Source: Macrostomum lignano
Lineage: Eukaryota
DNA length: 64,000 nucleotides
Reading direction: 5' to 3'
Assembly: GCA_002269645.1 (NCBI GenBank)
Contig: NIVC01001182.1
Coordinates: 124,001-188,000 of the forward strand
This document shows, in pieces, positions 12,401-31,040 of the stretch; the stretch's first letter is position 1, and every line of letters begins with the position of its first letter. The notes beneath the pieces are model-generated. The model ran no database searches. It saw nothing but the letters and a program-made list of their open reading frames with translations, and was not told the origin of the DNA. The translations under genes were made by a program, and so were the position numbers.

Positions 12401-14270
12401 ATCATTTTGGGTCATTAATGATCATTCTGGGTCATTTATGATCATTCTGGGTCATGTATGATAATTCTGGGTCATGCATGATCATTCTGGGTCATTTATG
12501 ATTATTCTGGGTCATGTATGATCATTCTGGGTCATTTATGATCATTCTGGGTAATGTATAATCATTCTGGGTCATGCATGATCATTCTGGGTCATGTATG
12601 ATCATTCTGGGTCATGTATGATCATTCTGGGTCATGTATGATCATTCTGGGTCATGTATGATCATTTTGGGTCATTAATGATCATTCTGGGTCATTTATG
12701 ATCATTCTGGGTCATTTATGATCATTCTGGGTCATGTATGATCATTCTGGGTAATGTATAATCATTCTGGGTCATGCATGATCATTCTGGGTCATGTATG
12801 ATCATTCTGGGTCATGTATGATCATTCTGGGTCATTAATGATCATTCTGGGTCATGTATGATCATTCTGGGTCATTTATTATCATTCTGGGTCATGTATG
12901 ATCATTCTGGGTCATGTATGATCATTCTGGGTCATGTATGATCATTCTGGGTCATTTATGGTCATTCTGGGTGATGTATGATCAATCTGGGTGATGTATG
13001 ATCATTCTAGGTCATTTATGATTATTCTGGGTCATGTATGATCATTCTGGGTCATGTATGATCATTCTGGGTAATGTATAATCATTCTGGGTCATGCATG
13101 ATCATTCTGGGTCATTTATGATCATTCTGGGTCATGTATGATCATTCTGGGTCATGTATGATCATTCTGAGTCATGTATGATACAGGTCATTATTGGTCA
13201 TTCGAGGCTATTTATAGTCATTCTAACTCATCGTTTGCCTCTAACCGTCCCCGCCTCAGTGCCGTCGGACCTCCGAGCTGCTCAACGAATCCGACCTGCT
13301 GGCCGTGGACCTGACATTCAGCACTCATCCTGACACCGCCGACCTGTCGGACTCGACGCCAGCAGGCTTGGAAGCTGCTAGCGAGGACGATCTGGCCGGG
13401 GAAGCCAGCCGCATAGCAACCGTAGACACTGTCCATCTGCCACGGCTCCGACTGCCCACTCCGTCGGATCAGTCAGCCTCGGAAAGCCTCGTTGAGGTGA
13501 ACATCGGCCTGCGCGTTGCCTGTCATCGGCCGCTGCCGTTTCTTCTGGCCATCCGTCTCGACTGCACATCCGGGATGGAGTGCCGCCCGCTGACTGCTCA
13601 GCTGAGCTCGATCCGGCTGGGCTTAGCCGATCTACTTCGCCCGTTGCTAAGGACGCCGGTTGAGTCGGGCGTGCTTAATAACGGTTGCTGGTGCTCGCTG
13701 GACTTGCCCGGCGCTTCGTTCATCCGGTGCCCGCCTGGTTCCGCTGTGTCCGCTGGTCGGCTGGAACGGTTCCGGCTGTCGGTGGCTAACCAGCCGGCTA
13801 ATTCTCAGGCTAATGAATTGGCTAATGCTACGGCTAATGAATTGGCTAATGCTACGGCTAATGAATTGGCTAATGCTACGGCTAATGAATTGGCTAATGC
13901 TACGGCTAATGAATTGGCTAATGCTACGGCTAATGAATTGGCTAATGCTACGGCTAATGAATTGGCTAATGCTACGGCTAATGAATTGGCTAATGCTACG
14001 GCTAATGAATTGGCTAATGCTACGGCTAATGAATTGGCTAATGCTACGGCTAATGAATGCTGGCACTACGGATTTGAAATGGCCCCAAATTGCCAGCTAC
14101 GCTTGTCAATAAAATCTCTACCAACATTGGATTTGCTGACTTTTCGCGTCATCGAAGCAAACGGCGAATCCTCGTCTTTGTCGCGAGACGCCTGGCAGCT
14201 GCTGGTTCGGTTCGACCGCTATTTGAAGTCTTTGTTTGGGGCTGCAGAGGAGGCCGTAGTGAAATTTTGA
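436..14270 (+). CDS. AP5B1: AP-5 complex subunit beta-1-like, spliced, 5'-partial. Exons: 436-553, 1258-1392, 1472-1596, 6686-7368, 9708-9970, 11022-~11516, ~11594-11725, 13260-14270
   Basis: GT-AG boundaries give phase-consistent joins; the 11516/11594 junction is uncertain. Peptides match recalled AP5B1 segments in collinear order: RALQCLIALEDAYP-CLLSKKL, VLSALAGLRHQFG, LFPGVFDPVDLRVLKVRLL, DIDVRSRAQLYYSL, RLGLADLLRPL, DAWQLLVRFDRYLKSL-stop. Confidence 0.8.
565..1205. repeat. Variable-length minisatellite (TAGAATCGC..CATCATCCG + C-run) filling an AP5B1 intron
   Basis: Tandem copies of about 25-32 bp with variable C-tract. Confidence 0.93.
2250..3030 (-). pseudogene. Possible decayed zinc-finger-bearing N-terminal remnant of a non-LTR retroelement
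   Basis: Broken minus-strand frames contain GNCGELCASQGGLAIHQRR and PTCGSMLTKANMVRHRTR, both C2H2-like but missing ligands; stops intervene. Confidence 0.25.
3267..4571 (-). mobile_element. Full-length mariner (Tc1/mariner, DD34D) transposon, 1305 bp
   Basis: 35-bp TIRs CGAGGGGCACTAGATAAGTTT.TAGCT.CGGTCAA with 2 mismatches; TA at 3265-3266 and 4572-4573. Confidence 0.96.
3329..4389 (-). CDS. Mariner transposase with a single 1-nt frameshift near 3515
   Basis: WVPHLL, TCDETW, LHQDNASAH and YSPDLAPCDF motifs. Adding one T to the T7 run restores FLFPFIKNSMRGCRF...ADGEYFEKL-stop at 3329. Confidence 0.92.
6282..6625. repeat. 24-bp minisatellite ATCAATCTGTCACATATCAGATTT
   Basis: About 13-14 tandem copies; explains ORFs 6249 and 6262. 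Confidence 0.95.
7425..7905. repeat. Diverged tandem repeat of about 139 bp (about 3.5 copies) with TGTACTTTT sub-motifs
   Basis: TTTGTACTT.TAGG-like motif recurs near 7426, 7565, 7704 and 7839. Confidence 0.8.
8545..9580. repeat. GA-rich compound minisatellite (GGGGGAGGCAGGA(GA)n)
   Basis: Directly visible; produces low-complexity ORFs in several frames. Confidence 0.95.
9985..10940. repeat. Minisatellite of about 25 bp, TTCATCAAATTCTGTCACTCTCAGC
   Basis: Tandem variants; a block near 9990-10080 recurs near 10285-10370. Confidence 0.93.
11745..13200. repeat. 20-bp minisatellite ATCATTCTGGGTCATGTATG, about 72 copies
   Basis: Directly visible; fills the intron 11726-13259. Confidence 0.98.
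13809..14057 (+). repeat. In-frame coding 24-bp repeat GCTAATGAATTGGCTAATGCTACG (ANELANAT), 10 perfect copies plus 9 bp
   Basis: Lies inside the open last exon of AP5B1; frame is preserved. Confidence 0.95.
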
Positions 14271-14639
14271 TTATTTCATTTATTAAGATTTTTCAAAAAA
14301 ATTATTCATTTACGATTGCAATTTACTTGTGAATTCTGCTTCTTACTTACAGTAGTGCCAATTACTAGTTTAGGAATCTAATCTTTTTTACGAGTATCTT
14401 GTACCAATAGATAAATTCTCAATAGCAGTATTATATGCTGCTTTTTGTATCTCAATATTAATCAATGGTGCCATTGTGAATCGTATTTTGCTATGCGACT
14501 ATTGTAAAAATGTAAAATTATATAAATACAGATTTGATTGATTTTTTATCGATATAAACTCCTAATTATGTCATTAATTATTCAGTTGGCATTCTTTCCA
14601 ACAAAGTTACTTTTTTTCGTTTCGGTAAAAAAATCGAAA

Positions 14640-15925
14640 AGGAGGGGAGGGAGCGGAAAGAACACAGGAGAGAGGGGAAAGGAAAGGAGGGGTAGGGAGC
14701 GGAAAGAACACAGGAGAGAGGGGAAAGGAAAGGAGGGGTAGGGAGCGGAAGGAACAGAGGGGAGAGAGCGGAAGGAATAGAGGGGTAGGGAGCGGAAGGA
14801 ATAGAGGGGGAGGGAGCAGAAAAAATAGAGGGGGAGGAAGCAGAAGGAATAGAGGGGGAGGGAGCGGAAGGAACAGAGGGGAGGGAGCGGAAGGAATAGA
14901 GGGGGAGGGAGCGGAAGGAACAGAGGGGAGAGAGCGGAAGGAACGGAGGGGAGGGAGCGGAAGGAACAGAGGGGAGGGAGCGGAAGGAACAGAGGGAAGG
15001 GAGCGGAAGGAACAGAGGGAGGGAGCGGAAAGAACAGAGAGAGAGGGAGCGGAAGGAACAGAGGGAGGGAGCGGAAGGAATAGAGGGGAGGGAGCGGAAG
15101 GAACAGAGAGAGAGGGAGCGGAAGGAACAGAGGGGAGGGAGCGGAAGGAATAGAGGGAGAGAGAGAGCGGAAGAAATAGAGGGGAGGGAGCGGAAGGAAC
15201 AGAGGGGAGGGAGCGGAAGGAACAGAGGGGAGGGAGCGGAAGGAACGGAGGGGAGGGAGCGGAAGGAACGGAGGGGAGGGAGCGGAAGGAACAGAGGGGA
15301 GGGAGCGGAAGGAACGGAGGGGAGGGAGCGGAAGGAACGGAGGGGAGGGAGCGGAAGGAACAGAGGGGAGGGAGCGGAAGGAACAGAGGGGAGGGAGCGG
15401 AAGGAACAGAGGGGAGGGAGCGGAAGGAACAGAGAGAGAGGGAGCGGAAGGAACAGAGGGGAGGGAGCGGAAGGAACAGAGAGAGAGGGAGCGGAAGGAA
15501 CAGAGGGGAGGGAGCGGAAGGAACAGAGGGAGAGGGAGCGGAAGGAACAGAGGGGAGGGAGCGGAAGGAATAGAGGGGGAGAGAGCGGAAGGACCGGAGG
15601 GGAGAGACCGGAAGGAACGGAGGGGAGGGAGTGGAAGGAACAGAGGGGAGGGAGCGGAAGGAACAGAGGGTAGGGAGCGGAAGGAACAGAGGGTAGGGAG
15701 CGGAAGGAACAGAGGGGAGGGAGTGGAAGGAACAGAGGGGAGGGAGCGGAAGGAACAGAGGGGAGGGAGCGGAAGGAACAGAGGGGAGGGAGCGGAAGGA
15801 ACAGAGGGGAGGGAGCGGAAGGAACAGAGGGAGGGAGCGGAAGGAACAGAGGGGAGGGAGCGGAAGGAACAGAGGGGAGGGAGCGGAAGGAACAGAGGGG
15901 AGGGAGCGGAAGGAACAGAGGGAGG
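14640..15925. repeat. GA-rich minisatellite (GGGAGCGGAAGGAACAGAGGGGA-like)
   Basis: Directly visible. Confidence 0.95.
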
Positions 15926-16756
15926 GTGGAACCGGTGGTCCTGAAACAGCTCAGCATGGTTTCGCAGTCCCGTGTGTTTCTCAGGTACAATCCAGTAATT
16001 AGGCGGTCAACTTCAAGTGGTCTAATAAAGTTAGCGGCTTATAAATCCGGCGTGTCATTAAGCGATAAAAATCCCTTTAGTGGGTGGGGGGCTTTTATTT
16101 TTTACATGATCGCACTGGGCACTAATAATATTGTGCCGATGCTGTGAGCAAGCAATATACTGCATTTTATACTGCTCAGTTGTGGTCAACCAGTTCCTGC
16201 AGTGTGCGAAAATGCATGTGTATAATAATATATTTGATGGAGGCGGCTGTAAGCTCAGTCACTCGCTCTCTTCTCTCTCCTCTCCTCGCTTCTTCAAGTG
16301 GCGGCGCGGCGCCCTTGGCGACACGCTTATTATGGATTTTATTACCACCCTGGGGCCCCCTGGCCCAACCCCTCCTTCTCTCTGCTTCATGCGGCTTTAC
16401 CACTCACTGTTTTAAAACTGCTGCTGTTTTGTTAGGACACCCTAAATAGTCTGATGGCTGTGCTGACTGCCGGTGTGTCATACTTCCACTCCCTACCTAC
16501 TTTTCTAGACTAGATTGTTCATCGACAAGAGCAGGGAAAGTTTGATCTTGTGGGCGTCAAAAATTTTTATGGGGATTTGATAAAATTGTAAACTTCAAAC
16601 TGGGAATCTCGGGTTCCAGATTGCCAATATGCAAGTGTTTTAGGCATTTTAGCTTCCTAATTAAATAGGCATTTATAGTGCCAATTATAGACGCTTCGCA
16701 CGTGAGGGGACATTCTGGTGACATCAGTGGACATTTTCCTATTAGTAGCCCTCGAA

Positions 16757-17110
16757 ATGGACATTGTATCGCCGTGAATGGACATTGTATCGCCATAAAT
16801 GGACATTTTATCGCCATGAATGGACATTGTATCGCCATGAATGGACATTGTATCGCTATAAATTATAGTCATTGTATCGCCATGAATGGACATTGTATCG
16901 CCATGAATGGACATTGTATCGCCGTGAATGGACATTGTATCGCCATAAATGGACATTTTATCGCCATGAATGGACATTGTATCGCCATGAATGGACATTG
17001 TATCGCTATAAATTATAGTCATTGTATCGCCATGAATGGACATTGTATCGCCATGAATGGACATTGTATCGCTATAAATTATAGACATTGTATCGCCATG
17101 AATGGACAAT
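16757..17110. repeat. 21-bp minisatellite AATGGACATTGTATCGCCATG with a higher-order block duplication
   Basis: Directly visible. Confidence 0.95.
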
Positions 17111-17604
17111 ATTCATAGACAATATATGTACAATGTTCATTTATTACACGGTGTTATCGAGCAGCGCAAAAGCAAAGTCAGTACAGTAAAAGAGGCTGTT
17201 GGTAACCATCCAACGGCGAAAAATGCAACTTAAAAAAAGAAATAATTATAACTTTTAAGCCACGTCGCCAGCTTACCTACGTAGTTTAAAAAATCTGTTA
17301 AAAGATTTAAAAAGAAACAGTTGTTTAACTGCAGTGCGAGCGAAGTTAGTTAAAAAAGGGTTTTCTTCCCACGGGTTGCTGCATGATTTCATAACACTGC
17401 AGGACCACCGCCTACTCTCGCTAGACTCTTTACATTATTACGTTGCTGAACTAAATTCTCAATTAAGTTACACTCGCAATTTAAGGGTAATATGCCGGGG
17501 CCAATCTCTATCATGGCTGCGGTATCTGGATCTGTTTTCATTTCGGAATTTACTTATTTAGAGTTCAATACTCGTCATTGTTTGATTTCTTTTGTCGCTG
17601 GTTT

Positions 17605-18260
17605 CCTCTCCTCTTTCCCCCTCTTACCCTCTTTCTCTTATCCTTCACCTCCCTCTCTTTACCCTCCTTTCATTCTTTCTATAATCCTTCCCTCCCTTTC
17701 GTTACCCTCCTTCCCCTCCCTTTCTTTACCCTCCTTTCATTCTTTCTATAATCCTTCCCTCCCTTTCGTTACCCTCCTTCCCCTCCCTTTCTTTACCCTC
17801 CTTCCCCTCTCTCTCTTTACCCTCCTTCCCCTCCCTCTCTTTACGCTCCTTTCATTCTTTCTATAATCCTTCCCTCCCTTTCGTTACCCTCCTTCCCCTC
17901 CCTTTCTTTACCCTCCTTTCATTCTTTCTATAATACTTCCCCCCCTTTCGTTACCCTCCTTCCCCTCCCTTTCTTTACCCTCCTTCCCCTCTCTCTCTTT
18001 ACCCTCCTTCCCCTCCCTCTCTTTACGCTCCTTTCATTCTTTCTATAATCCTTCCCTCCCTTTCGTTACCCTCCTTCCCCTCCCTTTCTTTACCCTCCTT
18101 TCATTCTTTCTATAATACTTCCCTCCCTTTCGTTACCCTCCTTCCCCTCCCTTTCGTTACCCTCCTTCCCCTCCCTTTCTTTACCCTCCTTCCCCTCCCT
18201 CTCTTTACCCTCCTTCCCCTCCCTTTCTTTACCCTCCTTCCCCTCCCTTTCTTTACCCTT
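17605..18260. repeat. CT-rich minisatellite (TTACCCTCCTTCCCCTCCCTTTC)
   Basis: Directly visible. Confidence 0.92.
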
Positions 18261-18532
18261 TCGCATCGGAAGGCATCGCCTCGATTTAACTGTCTGTGCG
18301 CTCTGAGTTCCACCTCCGTCAAAAAAACATATTTACGAGTATTATAACGCCTTTAGCCAACACGTTATGGTCTGCATATTTAAAGTGGAAATCTTAATCA
18401 GCGTCAAGAATTTTATGAGTTACTCGATATTTCGGTTCAAAATGATTCGAAACTACCCATGCAATGTGTTGCGTTTGACCCTAAAAATTTAAGGGAAGCT
18501 CCAGAGGTGTGAAGAAAACTGGGTGTAACAAC

Positions 18533-20055
18533 CAGCTACCGAGAGTGGACGCCAGCTACAGAGAGGGGCGCCACTGCCAGCTACAGAGAGAGGCGCTACT
18601 GCCAGCTACAGAGAGTGGGCGCCAGCTACAGAGAGGGGGCGCTGCAGCTACAGAGAGTGGGCGCCAGCTACAGAGAGGGGGCGCTGCAGCTACAGAGAGG
18701 GGCGCTACTGCCAGCTACAGAGAGGGGCGCCACTGCCAGCTACAGAGAGGGGCGCTACTGCCAGCTACAGAGAGGGGGCGCTGCAGCTACAGAGAGTGGG
18801 CGCCAGCTACAGAGGGGGGCGCCAGCTACAGAGAGTGGGCGCCAGCTACAGAGAGGGGCGCTGCAGCTACAGAGGGGCGCCAGCTACAGAGAGGGGCGCC
18901 AGCTACAGAGTGGGCACCATGAAGCTACAGAGGATGCGCCAGCTACAGAGAGTGGGCGCCAGCTACAGAGAGTGGGCGCCAGCTACAGAGGGGCGCCAGC
19001 TACAGAGAGTGGGCGCCAGCTACAGAGAGGGGCGCCACTGCCAGCTACAGAGGGGGGCGCTACTGCCAGCTACAGAGAGGGGGCGCTGCAGCTACAGAGA
19101 GTGGGCGCCAGCTACAGAGAGGGGGCGCTGCAGCTACAGAGAGGGGCGCTACTGCCAGCTACAGAGAGGGGCGCCACTGCCAGCTACAGAGAGGGGCGCT
19201 ACTGCCAGCTACAGAGAGGGGGCGCTGCAGCTACAGAGAGTGGGCGCCAGCTACAGAGGGGGGCGCCAGCTACAGAGAGTGGGCGCCAGCTACAGAGAGG
19301 GGGCGCTGCAGCTACAGAGGGGCGCCAGCTACAGAGAGGGGCGCCAGCTACAGAGTGGGCACCATGAAGCTACAGAGGATGCGCCAGCTACAGAGAGTGG
19401 GCGCCAGCTACAGAGAGTGGGCGCCAGCTACAGAGGGGCGCCAGCTACAGAGAGTGGGCGCCAGCTACAGAGAGGGGCGCCACTGCCAGCTACAGAGGGG
19501 GGCGCTACTGCCAGCTACAGAGAGGGGGCGCTGCAGCTACAGAGAGTGGGCGCCAGCTACAGAGGGGGGCGCCAGCTACAGAGAGTGGGCGCCAGCTACA
19601 GAGAGGGGGCGCTGCAGCTACAGAGGGGCGCCAGCTACAGAGAGGGGCGCCAGCTACAGAGTGGGCACCATGAAGCTACAGAGGATGCGCCAGCTACAGA
19701 GAGTGGGCGCCAGCTACAGAGAGTGGGCGCCAGCTACAGAGGGGCGCCAGCTACAGAGAGTGGGCGCCAGCTACAGAGAGTGGGCGCCAGCTATAGAAAG
19801 GGGACGCCAGCTACAGAGAGTGGGCGCCAGCTACAGAGAGTGGGCGCCAGCTATAGAGAGGGGACGCCAGCTACAGAGAGTGGGCGCCAGCTACAGAGAG
19901 TGGGCGCCAGCTACAGAGAGGGGACGCCAGCTACAGAGAGTGGGCGCCAGCTACAGAGAGTGGGCGCCAGCTACAGAGAGGGGACGCCAGCTACAGAGGG
20001 GCGCCAGCTACAGAGGGGGCGCCAGCTACAGAGAGTGGGCGCCAGCTACAGAACG
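18533..20055 (+). repeat. GC-rich minisatellite, core GGCGCCAGCTACAGAG, with higher-order blocks
   Basis: Marker variant CACCATGAAGCTACAGAGGATG recurs near 18915, 19360 and 19667. Confidence 0.96.
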
Positions 20056-20574
20056 GCGCCAGTGAAGTTATTTTCTACAGCATTGAAATTTTCATTCAAG
20101 ATTAGAAAATTCATGATAGTCATTGTCAGAGCAGATGAGCCACGGTCACTACACCAGCACATGGGCGCCAACCTCTAAACGACCTCATGCCTGCTACCTA
20201 AACAGCGCTCATGCTTACCTGCCAACCAAAAGCCATAACTCTATAAAAGCACGCCAAATAGCATAATTTCATTTTTATCTCACCCCAGAGACCTGCAGCT
20301 ATTCTCGTAAACCGAACCCTGGGACCCTGGGCATGGTGTGGGAAACTTGTGGTGTCCCTCCGGAGCGCTAACCCTCCCCCCCCCACACCGCCACGTTGCC
20401 CTGTTCCATAGCTTAATTGGTTTGCCAGCATCGTTTTTCAAGCGCAAAACGTGACCCCCGGCCATGCGCCTGCCGCGCTATGGATATTTTTACAATCGGA
20501 ACGATTGGACAGATGGAAAGGGATTTTTTGAAATGCTAGTGTGCCTCCAAGATACAGGAGACGCTATCAAGACG

Positions 20575-21192
20575 CCCTTATAGTTGGCGCCTCTAAAGTT
20601 GGCGTCCCTCTAGTTGGCGCCCCTATAGTTTGGCGCTTCCCTTTAGTTGGCGCCTCTAAAAGTTGGCGCCCCTCTAGTTGGCGCCTCTAAAAGTTGGCGC
20701 CCCTCTAGTTGGCGCCTCTAAAAGTTGGCGCCCCTATAGTTGGCGCCTCTAAAGTTGGCGCCGAGATAGTTGGCGCCTCTAAAGTTGGCGTCCCTCTAGT
20801 TGGCGCCTCTAAAAGTTGGCGCCTTCAAAGTTGGCATCCCTCTAGTTGGCGCCTCTAAAAGTTGGGGCCCCTCTAGTTGGCGCCCCTATAGTTTGGCGCC
20901 TCTAAAGTTGGCGCCCCTATAGTTGGCGCCCCTATAGTTGGCGCACCTATAGTTGGCGCCCCTAGAGTTGGCGCCCCTATAGCTGGCGCCTCTAAAAGTT
21001 GGCGCCCCTATAGTTGGCGCCCCTATAGTTGGCGCCCCTAGAGTTAGCGCTCCTATAGTTGGCGCCTCTAAAAGTTGGCGCCCCTATAGTTGGCGCCCCT
21101 ATAGTTTTGCGCCCCTATAGTTTGGCGCCTCGAAAGTTGGCACCGAGATAATTGGCGCCCCTATAGTTGGCGCCTCTGTAGTTGGCGCCCCC
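20575..21192 (-). repeat. Minisatellite, core (C)TATAGTTGGCGCC, an inverted relative of the 18533-20055 array
   Basis: Reverse complement reads GGCGCCAACTA(T/C)AG. Confidence 0.93.
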
Positions 21193-21756
21193 ATATTTTT
21201 TCGCCCCTAGAATTGGGGAGATGTTTCAACAGCCGTGCTGAATGTTGAAACATTAATAGCGGAGAGTACCAAAATACCAGCTGGTACAGAGGCCTTTCTG
21301 CGTGTCATAACGACCCACCGCCGACAGTCTGCCGACAACTGCCATCCCATGCATTTTTAATTGTTTTCTTAATTTCGATAGAAAGCTTCTTGCAGTTCTT
21401 GACGACAAAATGTTTCAGATTTCTGCGCCGAGATCAGAGAAGGACCCATTTCGTCAGAAAATCTCCAAGAAGATTCTGCGGTGGGGTTTACAGTCGGCGA
21501 CAGATGACTTTCTCAGCAACAAAAAATTAAGAAGCTTAAATTAATGACCCAAATTTTGGACCGCTTAGCGCCCTGTGTTTTAATGAGCAATTTTTTTAAT
21601 GCCGACTTTTGAACACCTGACACCTCAGCTGCAGTGCAACCTCGGCGCTTTCCTGTTTGATGTTAAATAAAATCTTCAGGATTCACTTTGTTTTGTGTAG
21701 GCCATCAGGGTCATTGTTGATGCGATTTTCAGACTTGTAGATTTGAGATTTGGAAA

Positions 21757-22750
21757 ATCACTCAGTGAGATTTAGAGAATCACTCAGTGAGATCTGAGAA
21801 AAATCACTCAGTGAGATTTAGAGAATCACTCAGTGAGATCTGAGGAAAATCTCTCAGTGAGATTTGGAAAATCACTCAGTGAGATTTGGAAAATCACTCA
21901 GTGAGATTTAGAGAATCACTCAGTGAGATTTAGAGAATCACTCAGTGAGATCTGAGGAAAATCTCTCAGTGAGATTTAGAGAATCACTCAGTGAGATCTG
22001 AGGAAAATCTCTCAGTGAGATTTGGAAAATCACTCAGTGAGATTTAGAGAATCACTCAGTGAGATCTGAGGAAAATCACTCAGTGAGATTTAGAGAATCA
22101 CTCAGTGAGATCTGAGGAAAATATCTCAGTGAGATTTGGAAAATCACTCAGTGAGATTTAGAGAATCACTCAGTGAGATCTGAGGAAAATCTCTCAGTGA
22201 GATTTAGAGAATCACACAGTGAGATCTGAGGAAAATCTCTCAGTGAGATTTAGAGAATCACTCAGTGAGATCTGAGGAAAATCTCTCGGTGAGATTTGGA
22301 AAATCACTCAGTGAGATTTAGAGAATCACTCAGTGAGATCTGAGGAAAATCTCTCAGTGAGATTTAGAGAATCACTCAGTGAGATCTGAGGAAAATCTCT
22401 CAGTGAGATTTAGAGAATCACTCAGTGAGATCTGAGGAAAATCTCTCAGTGAGATTTAGAGAATCACTCAGTGAGATCTGAGGAAAATCTCTCGGTGAGA
22501 TTTGGAAAATCACTCAGTGAGATTTAGAGAATCACTCAGTGAGATCTGAGGAAAATATCTCAGTGAGATTTGGAAAATCACTCAGTGAGATTTAGAGAAT
22601 CACTCAGTGAGATTAGGAGAATCACTCAATGAGATTATGGAGAATCACTCAATGAGATTATGGAGAATCCCTCGGTGAGATTTGGAAAATCACTTAATGA
22701 GATTAGGAGAATCACTCAGTGAGATTTGGAGAATTTCTCAGTGAGATTTA
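21757..22750. repeat. 22-23-bp minisatellite AATCACTCAGTGAGATTTAGAG / ...GATCTGAGGAA
   Basis: Directly visible alternating variants. Confidence 0.95.
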
Positions 22751-23852
22751 AGCTAAAATAATGCAGAGTTGCACGCGTTGGTTATAGAAATGATTTCTCA
22801 TAATCTCAAGAATGTGTGTGCTTGAATGAATTACTCGCAAATGCATAAACCAAAAAATGATTTCCCAAAAGCCTTCAGAGATGAACAGGAATTAGAGAGC
22901 ATATCTGAAGAGCACAATATAACAAAAAGCAAACTTCATTTAGCAGACTGTCTTCATATCGATATAGACAGCACAATCAGCTAAATTGATATTTTTATGC
23001 GCCACTGAGGCAGCTGGGCTGCCTCGTAAAACCCATATGGGAAGCCTCCCCATTCCCACTAATGGGATTGAAATTTGTTAAAATATCCCTGTTCGCGGGG
23101 AAATAAATCGTATATACTGTATGTATTATTCACATTTAGGTGCGAACAAGATCGAGCCTCATGTAGAATAATCAACCATGCCAGGGTTTTTATAACCATG
23201 CAGACGTCCAGCAGTCGGCGAAAGTTTCGAAAATTACATATTTCTCGACCTGTTTTATTATATAGACTGTATATTGATACCGTATAATATCTCACAGTTG
23301 GATCTCGGAACCTTGGCATATCCCCATGGCGACAGGAGATTGGCGACCTATAGAGGGCGCGAGAAATCCACCTACTAACTAAAAGCAGTTCAAGTTTAAA
23401 CTGCGCCCAAGCGACCCACTGTCGCCGCTCAACGGAGCGCCTCCGCAACGCCCTCGTAAAACTTTCTGTAATAAAATTATCCCGAAATTTCGTATAAGGG
23501 CCTCTGGCTGGCCGGGCTTGACGCAATAAAAATGTTTGTTATGCCCTGACAGCCTCGGCCCAGTCAAGTATCGCCTCCATCATCAAATGCTCAGTTTGCC
23601 TATAAGGCGCCACTCCAACCTCACACTGGTCCGGCTAAGCCTATGGCCAACGCCCGACCAACCCCAGAGCCGCAAAATTTCAACCAATAGCGGCCAATTT
23701 CAGCTCCTTTTCTCACAGAGAGAGGCTTCAATTCTCTCATTCTCTGCCAGGAGAAAGAAACCTTATTCGTAACTTTCTCCGAGCCGGAAACTCTGCCATC
23801 ACAGCCCAGGTCAAATTTGACAAACAAAAATTTCAACGCGATAAACATCAAC

Positions 23853-30452
<6,600 letters not shown>

Positions 30453-30639
30453 TTCTTTATCGTCAGTCGTTATTAAAAACTCAAAAACAGCTTTTACGTT
30501 CAAGTGCTTTTTGTTTTGCTTGCTCATCATTACCTCCTCTTGTGTAGTTGTCGTTTGAGTAACTGAGTGAAAGCTAAGGTTTGCCTTGTACAAATAAATC
30601 ACTCAGACTGTATGTACGCTCGTACTTTTTCTACTTCAA

Positions 30640-31040
30640 GGTCGGGGCTAGTACATGTAGAGAGATAAAGCCAGTCGGTATGTACATTGGTGGATTCAAG
30701 GTCGGGTTAGAGATAAAGGGCCAGTCGGTATGTACATTGGTGAATTCAAGGTCGGGTTAGAGATAAAGGGCCAGTCGGTATGTACATTGGTGAATTCAAG
30801 GCCGGGTTAGAGGTAAAGGGCCAGCCTGTATGTACATTGGTGAATTCAAGGCCGAGTTAAAGATAAAGGGCTAGTCGGTATGTACATTGGTGGATTCAAG
30901 ATCGGGTTGGAGAGAGAGAGCCAGGCAGTATGTACATTGGTGGATTCAAGGTCGGGTTAGAGATAAAGGGCCAGCCGGTATGTACATTGGTGGACTCAAG
31001 ATCGGGTTGGAGAGAGAGAGCCAGGCAGTATATGTACATT
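30640..31040. repeat. 50-bp tandem repeat CCAGTCGGTATGTACATTGGTGAATTCAAGGTCGGGTTAGAGATAAAGGG
   Basis: About 7-8 copies. Confidence 0.92.

Noticed and set aside
23059-23526. 155-aa minus-strand ORF upstream of Wnt
   Set aside because: No recognisable motif or splice context; overlaps the presumed promoter region
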